The position numbers were made by a program, and so were the translations under genes. Shown one piece after another: positions 46,126 to 54,380 of a stretch of DNA of 54,380 nucleotides. The stretch lies in the NCBI GenBank assembly GCA_964487925.1, contig CAZASZ010000005.1:1-54380 (forward strand), in the 5' to 3' direction. The stretch's first letter is position 1, and each line of letters begins with the position of its first letter. The notes below the pieces were generated by a model. That model ran no database searches, was not told the DNA's origin, and worked only from the letters and a program-made list of their open reading frames with translations. The DNA is from an uncultured Gammaproteobacteria bacterium. Its GTDB lineage: Bacteria > Pseudomonadota > Gammaproteobacteria > SZUA-140.

Positions 46126-47769
46126 TCAACCTTTCCAGCCTGATGTGATCGGGTAGCGCCGATCACGCCCAAAGGCTAGGCGGCTGATGCGTACCCCCGG
46201 AGGCGCCTGACGGCGTTTGTACTCGTTTCGGTTGATCATAGTGATGATACGTTCGACCGTGCCGGCGTCGAAACCTGCGGCGATGATCTCCGAGGGCGAT
46301 TGGTCCTCGACGATGAAGCGCATCAGTATGGGATCGAGTACATCGTAAGGCGGTAAAGAGTCTTCGTCCTTCTGGTCAGGCGCCAGTTCGGCGCTGGGTG
46401 GCCGGTCCAGCACACGTTGGGGAATCACGGGATGGACCTCATTCCGGTAGTGCGCCAAGCTATAGACTAGGGTCTTGGGTACATCCTTTATGGGCGCAAA
46501 TCCACCTGCCATATCCCCATAAAGCGTGGCGTAGCCGACGGAGAGTTCGCTCTTATTTCCGGTCGTCAGGACGATCTTTCCTTTCTTATTGGCGATGGCC
46601 ATGAGGATAATTCCTCGACAGCGTGCCTGAATGTTCTCCTCTGCGGCATCCACAGTGCGGCCCGCGAATACAGGATGTAGTGAGTCCAGGAAGGCCGAAA
46701 AACTGGCCTCGATCGAGATGGTTTCATGTGGGACGCCCAGTGCATCGGCCTCGGCGCGGGCGTCTTCCAGGCTCATATCCGAAGTGAACCGGGAGGGCAT
46801 AAGGACCCCTTCAACCCGGTCCGGTCCAAGGGCATCAACGGCCAGGCTCAACGTAAGTGCGGAATCGATACCGCCTGATAGACCGATGATGACACCGGGG
46901 AAGCGATTCTTGCTGACATAGTCCCGTATGCCGAGCACGATGGCCTGATAGATTGCCGCCTCGAAAGACATTGCCGGCGCGCGATGGCCTGGGACCGAGG
47001 TCAGTAGCGGTTGGGTATCCACGAAGTCGGCAATCAGCAGGGTCTCCTCAAGGAGTTCGGCTTGACAGGTGATTGTACCGTTGCAGTCCATGACGAATGA
47101 GCCGCCGTCGAAAACGAGTTCGTCCTGCCCACCCACTTGGTTGACATAGACGATGGGCACATCGTTTTCGCGCACACGCTCGCGGCAGACTGCTTCACGA
47201 GCCTGTCGCTTATCCTGACGGAACGGTGAGGCGTTGAGGTTGATAATGAGACGGGCGCCTGCTTGCACGGCTCGATGCATGGGTTCCGGCCCCCAAATAT
47301 CCTCGCAGAGACTCAGCGCTATCGGGATACCCCTGATGTCGATGAGGCAGGGATCTTCTCCAGCCGCAAAGTAGCGTAGCTCATCGAATACACCGTAATT
47401 CGGCAGGCGCTGCTTGTGGTAAATAGCTTGGATCCCGCCGTCACGAATCAGCGCGGCGGCATTGTAGAGAGCATCATTTTCCTTGTGCGGAAAACCAATG
47501 ACGACATCGATTCCACTCAAGGTGTTACAGAGGTACTCCAAGGCCTCGTTGACGCGGTCGATGACGGCCGTACGGAGTAGCAAGTCTTCCGGCGGATAAC
47601 CCAACAGGGTCAGTTCCGGGAAGATCACGGCATCGGCCTGGTGACGGTCGCGGGCATGAATAGCGGTTTCAATAACCCGCCGGCAGTTGCCCGCGATGTC
47701 GCCCACCAGCGGGTTGATTTGGGCTAGTAACAGGCGCAGGCGCGCTTCTGTAGAAATGGATGGCGTCAG
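46126..47769 (-). CDS. nadE: Glutamine-dependent NAD+ synthetase (CN-hydrolase + NAD synthetase domains)
   Basis: Glutaminase domain (FPELTLLGYPPEDLL, LCEDIW) plus PP-loop GLSGGIDSAL. The track ORF begins at GTG 47706, inside the conserved N-terminal strand (..LRLLLAQINPLVGDIAGN). The frame stays open upstream with no ATG, GTG or TTG. CTG 47769, preceded by GAGGGGAAG, is my best guess for the start. Confidence 0.85.
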   Translation of the reverse strand: MTPSISTEARLRLLLAQINPLVGDIAGNCRRVIETAIHARDRHQADAVIFPELTLLGYPPEDLLLRTAVIDRVNEALEYLCNTLSGIDVVIGFPHKENDALYNAAALIRDGGIQAIYHKQRLPNYGVFDELRYFAAGEDPCLIDIRGIPIALSLCEDIWGPEPMHRAVQAGARLIINLNASPFRQDKRQAREAVCRERVRENDVPIVYVNQVGGQDELVFDGGSFVMDCNGTITCQAELLEETLLIADFVDTQPLLTSVPGHRAPAMSFEAAIYQAIVLGIRDYVSKNRFPGVIIGLSGGIDSALTLSLAVDALGPDRVEGVLMPSRFTSDMSLEDARAEADALGVPHETISIEASFSAFLDSLHPVFAGRTVDAAEENIQARCRGIILMAIANKKGKIVLTTGNKSELSVGYATLYGDMAGGFAPIKDVPKTLVYSLAHYRNEVHPVIPQRVLDRPPSAELAPDQKDEDSLPPYDVLDPILMRFIVEDQSPSEIIAAGFDAGTVERIITMINRNEYKRRQAPPGVRISRLAFGRDRRYPITSGWKG

Positions 47770-47801
47770 GGACTTCCCCTCGTCAGCGGCCAGGACCGGT
47801 C

Positions 47802-48266
47802 TTAGAACGGGATATCGTCATCAAACGGAGCCGCTCCGGCGTCTCCCGTGTCTGCAGTCGCAGGCTGGTTCTGTCGGGGGCTGGATTGCTGCCGGTTGTA
47901 GCCGCCGGACTCTCCACCGCTACCGCCACGTCCATCAAGCATTTGCATCTCATTGGCATTGATCTCGGTGGTATAACGGTCCGACCCGGTATTCTTGTCC
48001 TGCCACTTACGAGTCCTCAGGCTGCCTTCAATATAGACCTTGGCCCCTTTCTTGAGGTACTCGCCAGCGATCTCGGCAAGGCGGTTATAGAAGACTACGT
48101 TATGCCACTCGGTACGCTCCTGCCGCTCCCCACTCTGTTTGTCTTTCCAGGAATCCGTGGTGGCCACGGTGATCGAACATACCGCTCCGCCGCTGGGCAT
48201 ATATCGCACCTCGGGGTCCTTGCCTAGGTTGCCGATTAGGATAACCTTGTTGATACCTCTAGCCAT
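47802..48266 (-). CDS. ssb: Single-stranded DNA-binding protein
   Basis: 154 aa. [26 protein letters not shown]...[37 protein letters not shown], a Gly/Gln-rich linker and the acidic tip DDDIPF. Confidence 0.97.
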   Translation of the reverse strand: MARGINKVILIGNLGKDPEVRYMPSGGAVCSITVATTDSWKDKQSGERQERTEWHNVVFYNRLAEIAGEYLKKGAKVYIEGSLRTRKWQDKNTGSDRYTTEINANEMQMLDGRGGSGGESGGYNRQQSSPRQNQPATADTGDAGAAPFDDDIPF

Positions 48267-48319
48267 TTTTCAATCCTCAACGTATGCCCCGCCATTTGTG
48301 GGCGGATAGTTTTTTCGGC

Positions 48320-49708
48320 TCAGCCTTCCGTGGGAACCGGTGTGATATAGCGTTCCAGTTGTTCACTGTCCACGATCCTGGAATCAACCTTCAGATAAGC
48401 GATGCCTTCGTCGTGAACAATAACAGATTCCGCGACTCCATCGATAGTCAGCAATTCCTGTTCAAGTGCGCGCGCCTTGTCGGTTGGCATCGTTCCGACG
48501 TTGAGCATCTGCGACGTTAGTGGTGGAGGAGTGGCCATCGTGCGAGCGATAAAAAACCACACGGCTGTCATCAGCGCGGACATCACGAAGATGCCTACAA
48601 TACCTGCCCAGGTTGCTACCAGACCACCCACCACGCCACCACAGAACGCGCCCAGAAACTGGGCGGTTGAATAGACGCCCGTGGCCGTACCCTTCATCTG
48701 TGGGGGTGCGAACTTGACGACCAGGGATGGCAATAGCGCCTCAAGTACGTTGAAACAGATGAAAAACACCAGCAGCGCGGCGACGATCATGATCAGTGAG
48801 TGGTAACCGACGACCAAGAGGACCTGGGACAGGCATATTCCCAGAATGGCGAACTGATATACTTGGCGAATTTTGCGTTGTTTCTCCGCGACAATAACCA
48901 GTGGGACCATCAAGAACAGCGCGATTAGTAGGATGGGCAGATAGACGTAACCATGATGCTCGGGCGCAAGTCCCGCCAAGTCCCGCAGTGCGAGTGGAAG
49001 GCCGATGAAGGTCGCGGTCAGGGTCATGTGAAGTATGAAAATGCCGACATCGAGACGTTGCAGTTCGGGGTTGCGGATGACGGCTGAAAAGTAGGCTGGG
49101 GTGGACTCGGCATCACGATGAAAAGAACTGCGAGCCGGCGTGGGGACGGCGAATTGAACGATCAGCATGGCCAGGATGGCGAGGCCGACGGTCAGCCAGA
49201 AGATACCGGGGACTCCGATCCAGGCGTCCAGTATCGGGCCAAGGGCGAGCGAGACCGCGAATGACAAACCGATGCTCATACCGATCGTGGCCATAACTCG
49301 GGCCCGGCAGGATTCACGAGTCAGGTCGGCCGCTAGGGCCAGGATCGCGGCTGCGATCGCGCCGCTACCCTGAATAGCGCGGCCGATAATGACGCCGGTG
49401 ATGGTGTCTGCCGTTGCGGCGATAGCGCTACCGATTGCAAACAGCAGGAGCCCGCCTAGAATAACCGGTTTGCGGCCTATGCGATCGGAGAGCCGGCCGA
49501 ACGGGATCTGTAGCAGTGCCTGACTCAGGCCATAGACGCCGATCGCGAGCCCGACCATCGCATGGGATGGGGGTGTCGAGCCCAGGTGTTCCGCATACAG
49601 TGCGAAGACCGGCAGGATCATGAATAAGCCCATCATACGGGTGGCATAGACTGAGGCAAGGGAAAACGCGCCGCGGCGTTCCATTGGCGTCATCTGGGGG
49701 GCGGACAT
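48320..49708 (-). CDS. MFS transporter with an extra C-terminal soluble domain
   Basis: 462 aa with 12 predicted TM helices. MFS loop motif GRLSDRIGRKP. About 65 C-terminal residues are non-membrane. The MFS-ssb | uvrA arrangement matches Pseudomonas. Confidence 0.88.
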   Translation of the reverse strand: MSAPQMTPMERRGAFSLASVYATRMMGLFMILPVFALYAEHLGSTPPSHAMVGLAIGVYGLSQALLQIPFGRLSDRIGRKPVILGGLLLFAIGSAIAATADTITGVIIGRAIQGSGAIAAAILALAADLTRESCRARVMATIGMSIGLSFAVSLALGPILDAWIGVPGIFWLTVGLAILAMLIVQFAVPTPARSSFHRDAESTPAYFSAVIRNPELQRLDVGIFILHMTLTATFIGLPLALRDLAGLAPEHHGYVYLPILLIALFLMVPLVIVAEKQRKIRQVYQFAILGICLSQVLLVVGYHSLIMIVAALLVFFICFNVLEALLPSLVVKFAPPQMKGTATGVYSTAQFLGAFCGGVVGGLVATWAGIVGIFVMSALMTAVWFFIARTMATPPPLTSQMLNVGTMPTDKARALEQELLTIDGVAESVIVHDEGIAYLKVDSRIVDSEQLERYITPVPTEG

Positions 49709-50005
49709 AGAACGATCTCCTAATTACTTGAGATAAAAGTTAAGCGCTCCTTGATCAACTCCGGAGCTGGCTGGTTCGGGCAGACTATACCCGGCAGGGG
49801 GTGTGATCAGGATGACACCGCTTAGATCCATGGTGCGGGGCGTGTTATCGATCACGAGTATTTTAGGTCATGCACTTAGCCAGATAGTACTTACTTATCC
49901 GATCGAGGCGCAACGCGTCAAGGCTTGCAACATAATGTCACTATACATGCCTGTGTGGGGACGCAAAATTCAAAACAGGGGCCACTCAAGACTGAGGCCG
50001 ATTTT

Positions 50006-50034
50006 TTGTCCTCTAGTCAAGAATCCCGTATATT
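50006..50034 (+). promoter_or_regulatory. Candidate sigma70 promoter for uvrA
   Basis: TTGTCC (50006-50011), a 17-nt spacer, then TATATT (50029-50034). The predicted TSS near 50041 favours the TTG 50065 start. Pattern match only. Confidence 0.3.
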
Positions 50035-50064
50035 ATCAGGTTGGCCCATGTTCGGAAAACCGCA

Positions 50065-52917
50065 TTGGACACCATTCGGATACGTGGGGCTCGAACCCAC
50101 AACCTCAAAAACATCGACATCAATTTGCCGCGCAACCGGCTGATCGTCTTTACTGGGCTTTCCGGGTCAGGCAAGTCATCGCTGGCCTTCGATACCATCT
50201 ATGCCGAGGGCCAGCGGCGGTACGTTGAGTCTCTGTCCAGCTACGCCCGGCAGTTTCTCTCCATCATGGAAAAGCCCGACGTCGACCACATCGAGGGCTT
50301 GTCGCCTGCGATCTCGATCGAGCAGAAGACCGCTTCTCATAACCCGCGTTCCACGGTCGGCACGGTCACCGAGATTTACGACTATCTACGCCTGCTCTAT
50401 GCGCGAGCGGGGGAGCCGAGGTGTCCGGAGCATCAGGTGATACTCAGTGCGCAGACTGTCAGCCAGATGGTCGATCAGATCCTGGAGCAACCCGATACGG
50501 AACGCTATATGCTGTTGGCGCCGATGATCGTTGAGCGCAAGGGCGCCCATGAGCAGGTCTTTGAATCGCTGCGGAGCCAGGGGTTTCTTCGGGTCCGGGT
50601 TAATGGCAGGGTTCATGATCTCGATGGGCTGCCGAACCTCGAAGCGAACTGCAAACACAGCATCGATGCCGTGGTTGACCGCTTTCGTGTCCGACCGGAT
50701 CTCAAACAACGTTTAGCCGAATCATTGGAAACCGCGCTTGCCCTGAGCGATGGCGTGGCGCGGCTTGTTTCCATCGATGATGAGGCGAGCGAGGGTCTAT
50801 TGTTTTCGGCCCGCTTCGCCTGCCCTCATTGTGGTTTTAGTATCGCCGAACTCGAACCTCGCTTGTTTTCGTTCAATAATCCGGCGGGTGCCTGTTCGAG
50901 CTGTGACGGTCTTGGTCGCACGGAATTCTTTGATCCCGATCGCGTCTTGACCCAACCGGAACTGAGCCTTTCGTCGGGCGCAATCCGGGGTTGGGATCGC
51001 CGCAATCCGTATTACATGCAGATGTTGACGGCCCTGGCCGCCCACTATGATTTTGATCTCGATACCCCATTTTGCGACTTGCCCGATGCAATTCGTCAGG
51101 TAGTGCTTTTCGGCAGCGGTGATCAGGCTATCGAGTTCAGTTATCGGAACTCGCGTGGAAGACTTAAGAAGCGCCGTCATGCCTTCGAGGGCATCATTCC
51201 TAATATGCAGCGTCGATATAGGGAGACCGAGTCCAATCTCGTCCGCGAGGAACTCGCGCGTTATCTCAGTGACAAACCTTGTCCTGAATGTCAGGGCAGT
51301 CGTCTATGCGGCGCCGCGCGCACTGTCTATATCGCCGACTACGTGATTACCGAGATCACGGCCATGCCTGTTGGTCGGGCTCGCGACTTCGTTGCTGCCT
51401 TGACCCTGCCTGGGCGGCGCGGGACCGTGGCCGAGAAGATCGTCCGTGAGATCAGCCAGCGGCTCGACTTTCTCGTCAATGTCGGGCTCGATTATCTGTC
51501 GCTGGATCGCAGTGCGACGACGCTGTCCGGAGGCGAGACCCAGCGCATCAGGCTGGCAAGTCAGATCGGCGCCGGACTGGTCGGGGTCATGTATGTACTG
51601 GATGAGCCATCTATCGGCCTGCATCAACGTGACAATCAACGCCTGCTGGATACGCTGCTTTATCTACGGGATCTCGGTAATACCGTCATCGTCGTAGAGC
51701 ATGACGAGGACGCAATCAGGGCCGCCGACTACGTCGTCGATATCGGCCCCGGGGCGGGAATTCATGGCGGGCAGATCGTCTCACATGGTACGCCGGCGGA
51801 GGTTTGCAGCGACGAGGCGTCTTTGACCGGGCAGTATCTGGGTGGGCGAAAGTGCATCGACGTACCAGCCGTGCGAGCCATAAACACGGGCGTCAGCCAT
51901 TGCTCGATCAAGGGCGCGAGTGGCAACAATCTCCGGTTGGTCGATATCGATATCCCAATCGGTCTCATGACCTGTATCACTGGAGTGTCCGGCTCCGGAA
52001 AGTCCACCTTGATCAATGACACCTTATACCGCCACGCCGCGCGTACTCTCTATCAGGCCAGCGAGACCCCCGCGCCATGCCGGGAGATCAAGGGGCTGGA
52101 GCAGTTCGATAAAGTCATCAATATCGACCAGAGCCCCATCGGCCGTACGCCGCGCTCCAATCCGTCCACCTATACCGGTTTGTTTACGCCGATACGAGAT
52201 CTCTTTGCGGCTACGCCTGAGGCGCGAATGCGCGGATATACGCCCGGACGGTTCAGTTTCAACGTCAAGGGTGGTCGTTGCGAGGCTTGTCGAGGCGACG
52301 GCGTTATTAAGGTCGAGATGCACTTTCTGCCTGATATTTATGTCCCTTGTGATGTCTGTAAGGGGCGTCGTTACAATCGGGAGACACTGGAGGTCACCTA
52401 CAAGGGACGGAATATCCACGAGGTGCTGCAGATGTCGGTCGAGCAGGCCTTGGGTTTTTTCAAGGCTATCCCCGTGGTTGCCCGAAAATTGCAGACACTC
52501 ATGGATGTGGGGCTGTCTTATATCGAGCTCGGACAGAATGCGACAACGCTCTCGGGCGGCGAGGCCCAACGCATCAAACTGTCGAGAGAGTTGGCCAAGA
52601 AGAGTACCGGTCGCACACTCTATATTTTGGATGAGCCGACGACAGGTCTGCATTTCCACGATATTCGGCAATTGTTGGAGGTTTTGCATCGATTGCGTGA
52701 TCAGGGGAATACGATCGTTATCATCGAGCACAATCTCGATGTCATCAAGACGGCCGACTGGATTATCGATATGGGACCCGAGGGAGGAGACAAGGGCGGC
52801 ACCGTCGTTGCTGTAGGGACTCCGGAAACGGTGGCGGCGGATCTAGGGTCTTATACCGGCCACTATCTTGCGCCCCTATTGACCACTGCCACCCACCCGG
52901 ACCAAGTGGCGGGCTGA
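50065..52917 (+). CDS. uvrA: Excinuclease ABC subunit A
   Basis: Two ABC modules ([28 protein letters not shown]; [16 protein letters not shown]), LSGGE.QR signatures and zinc CxxC pairs. From TTG 50065 the N-terminus (M)[16 protein letters not shown] has the same length as E. coli [17 protein letters not shown]. The track start TTG 50041 remains possible. Confidence 0.96.
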   Translation: MDTIRIRGARTHNLKNIDINLPRNRLIVFTGLSGSGKSSLAFDTIYAEGQRRYVESLSSYARQFLSIMEKPDVDHIEGLSPAISIEQKTASHNPRSTVGTVTEIYDYLRLLYARAGEPRCPEHQVILSAQTVSQMVDQILEQPDTERYMLLAPMIVERKGAHEQVFESLRSQGFLRVRVNGRVHDLDGLPNLEANCKHSIDAVVDRFRVRPDLKQRLAESLETALALSDGVARLVSIDDEASEGLLFSARFACPHCGFSIAELEPRLFSFNNPAGACSSCDGLGRTEFFDPDRVLTQPELSLSSGAIRGWDRRNPYYMQMLTALAAHYDFDLDTPFCDLPDAIRQVVLFGSGDQAIEFSYRNSRGRLKKRRHAFEGIIPNMQRRYRETESNLVREELARYLSDKPCPECQGSRLCGAARTVYIADYVITEITAMPVGRARDFVAALTLPGRRGTVAEKIVREISQRLDFLVNVGLDYLSLDRSATTLSGGETQRIRLASQIGAGLVGVMYVLDEPSIGLHQRDNQRLLDTLLYLRDLGNTVIVVEHDEDAIRAADYVVDIGPGAGIHGGQIVSHGTPAEVCSDEASLTGQYLGGRKCIDVPAVRAINTGVSHCSIKGASGNNLRLVDIDIPIGLMTCITGVSGSGKSTLINDTLYRHAARTLYQASETPAPCREIKGLEQFDKVINIDQSPIGRTPRSNPSTYTGLFTPIRDLFAATPEARMRGYTPGRFSFNVKGGRCEACRGDGVIKVEMHFLPDIYVPCDVCKGRRYNRETLEVTYKGRNIHEVLQMSVEQALGFFKAIPVVARKLQTLMDVGLSYIELGQNATTLSGGEAQRIKLSRELAKKSTGRTLYILDEPTTGLHFHDIRQLLEVLHRLRDQGNTIVIIEHNLDVIKTADWIIDMGPEGGDKGGTVVAVGTPETVAADLGSYTGHYLAPLLTTATHPDQVAG

Positions 52918-54380
52918 TGTCTCGCCGGGTCCTGACCTCCGGACTGTTGGCCTTGTTGCTGACCGTGGTAGCTTGGCGTCCCGTAATTGCATCGGAGCCG
53001 GAGCTGCCAGATATCGGCGGTGGCGCCGCGACCGCATACCTGAGTCTTGCCGACGAGCAACGTCTGGGTGACGAGTTCATGCGTAATATCAGGGGGGCGA
53101 TGCGGCTGATCGATGACGATTTAGCAGTGTATTATGTGCAGCGAATCGGAGACCGATTGACGCGCCATGCGCGAACCGATGGCCGAAAGTTCGATTTCTT
53201 TATCCCCGACGATTCCAGCATTAACGCCTTCGCCGGCCCCGGAGGACACATCGGCATCAACAGTGGCATGATCCTGATGGCGGACGGCGAGCCGGAGTTG
53301 GCAGCGGTCATGGCGCATGAAATCGCACATGTGACGCAACGCCACCTGGCCAGGACCTTTGAGCAGGCGTCGCGTATGAGCTTGCCCCTGGCGGCCGCGA
53401 TTGTGACGAGTATCATCTTAGGCAGCCAGGACGGTCAGGCGGGGGCAGCGGCCTTGGCGGCTACTGCAGCCGGCAGCGCCCAGACCCAGATCAATTTTAC
53501 TCGCGCCAACGAGCAGGAGGCCGATCGGGTAGGTCTCGATATTCTGGCCAAGTCGGGCTACGACCCACGCAGTATGCCGGAGTTTTTTCTGCGCCTGCAG
53601 CAGGCCACTCGCATAATGGACAGCCAAGATTTCGAGTTTCTGCGCACTCACCCCGTGACCACTTCACGTATCGCGGACTCTATGGGGCGAGCCGAGCAGT
53701 TCCCAGCCGTCGTAACGCCCTCTGGCGACTTTTTCTTGATACAGGCGGGACTTCGAGTGGTTTCCCGAAATGATCCGGCGGCCCATGAGGCTTTTTTTCG
53801 GGCGAAACTGGATAAGGGCTCTCGGGATCAACGAATCGCTGCGCAATACGGTCTGACTTTGGCTTTGCTTCAAGGGAAGGATCTGGACGCGGCGCGGTCG
53901 GCGTTTCAGGTGCTTGCCCAGGCAGTCGTTGGCGAGCAAGGTTTTGCCCCGTTTGTGACCCTGCTGCTGAAGGCGCGTATCGCGCTTGAGGATGGCCAGG
54001 CCGACAAGGCCGTCGATATCCTGGGGCATTCCGATGCCGACTACCGAACGCGCATGCCTTTCTTCATGCTCTACACCGATGCATTGTTGCAGGATGACCG
54101 TCCGGAGCAGGTCAGGACGTTGACGACGCAACGTCTGGCTACCGAGGGTCGGCATGCCGACCCTCGCCTCTATCGTCGACTTGCAAAAGCCGAGGCCAAA
54201 TTGGGAAGAAAGGCAAGGGCCCATCAAGCGCTCGCAGAGTTTTATTTTCTCGACAGCGATGTCGGGCCCGCCATACAACAGATCGAGATTGCACTCTCGC
54301 AGCTAGATAAGCAGGAGGCGGATGGAAATCTTGCCGCGCGTCTCAAAACGCGGCTAGCTGAGTTAAAAGCCCTAGCGCTT
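52917..54380 (+). CDS. bepA: Periplasmic M48 metalloprotease/chaperone with TPR domain (BepA/YfgC-like), 488 codons, 3' end beyond the window
   Basis: Not in the ORF track because no stop falls inside the window. ATG 52917 overlaps the uvrA stop (TGATG). Manual translation gives [34 protein letters not shown]...INAFAGPGGHIGINSG...ELAAVMAHEIAHVTQRHLAR...NEQEADRVGL...LRTHPVTTSRI, followed by TPR-like repeats. It is collinear with E. coli BepA. Confidence 0.9.
   Translation, partial: MSRRVLTSGLLALLLTVVAWRPVIASEPELPDIGGGAATAYLSLADEQRLGDEFMRNIRGAMRLIDDDLAVYYVQRIGDRLTRHARTDGRKFDFFIPDDSSINAFAGPGGHIGINSGMILMADGEPELAAVMAHEIAHVTQRHLARTFEQASRMSLPLAAAIVTSIILGSQDGQAGAAALAATAAGSAQTQINFTRANEQEADRVGLDILAKSGYDPRSMPEFFLRLQQATRIMDSQDFEFLRTHPVTTSRIADSMGRAEQFPAVVTPSGDFFLIQAGLRVVSRNDPAAHEAFFRAKLDKGSRDQRIAAQYGLTLALLQGKDLDAARSAFQVLAQAVVGEQGFAPFVTLLLKARIALEDGQADKAVDILGHSDADYRTRMPFFMLYTDALLQDDRPEQVRTLTTQRLATEGRHADPRLYRRLAKAEAKLGRKARAHQALAEFYFLDSDVGPAIQQIEIALSQLDKQEADGNLAARLKTRLAELKALAL

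Noticed and set aside
48284-48312. Short hairpin CCGCC-N7-GGCGG followed by a T-run, between the MFS gene and ssb
   Set aside because: The stem is only 5 bp and the T-run is on the plus strand, where no gene ends. On the minus strand it is not followed by U residues.
50024-50041. Possible LexA box CCGTATATTATCAGGT upstream of uvrA
   Set aside because: It resembles the E. coli uvrA operator in its AT-rich core. However, both half-sites deviate (CCGT for CTGT, AGGT for ACAG), and it overlaps the predicted -10 element.
52016-52816. 266-aa plus-strand and 235-aa minus-strand ORFs inside uvrA
   Set aside because: They are off-frame or antisense to the strongly conserved UvrA frame.
53664-54278. 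204-aa minus-strand ORF (plus smaller ones at 53121-53651)
   Set aside because: They are antisense to the open bepA frame, which carries the HEIAH zinc motif and runs to the window end.

Overview
The window is a moderately GC-rich stretch of gammaproteobacterial-type core chromosome. I cannot assign a species from sequence alone. About 50 protein genes are supported, nearly all housekeeping and in syntenic blocks known from E. coli and Pseudomonas: lgt-thyA; comEC-exbBD-msbA-lpxK-ycaR-kdsB-ptp; purT; serS-cysG; djlA; sspAB; rsmI | lpoA-yraN-dolP; ClC-hemJ; priA; hemH; moaACDE; moeB; rluD | bamD; nadE; MFS-ssb | uvrA-bepA. Two genes absent from the ORF track run off the window ends: thyA at the 5' end and bepA at the 3' end. 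I found no rRNA, tRNA, CRISPR array, transposase, integrase, prophage or recognisable defence island, and I do not think a clear-cut novel system is demonstrated here. The loci worth a second look, in my order of interest, are: (1) a cytoplasmic Kelch beta-propeller gene tightly linked to two tandem MoeB/ThiF E1-like genes, one with an N-terminal rhodanese, divergent from moaACDE across a 685-bp structured spacer; (2) a BamD-like TPR lipoprotein fused to a DamX-type SPOR domain, overlapping the start of canonical bamD; (3) a tight DnaA-box cluster in an AT-rich spacer upstream of priA; (4) a 162-bp element with perfect 19-bp terminal inverted repeats; (5) an orphan phoR-phoU pair wedged into the rluD-pgeF operon; (6) a comEC gene whose frame is broken twice. 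Smaller oddities include a nadE without a canonical start codon and an MFS transporter with a Cys-less HMA-like tail. All functional calls rest on motif recognition by eye; no database search was run.
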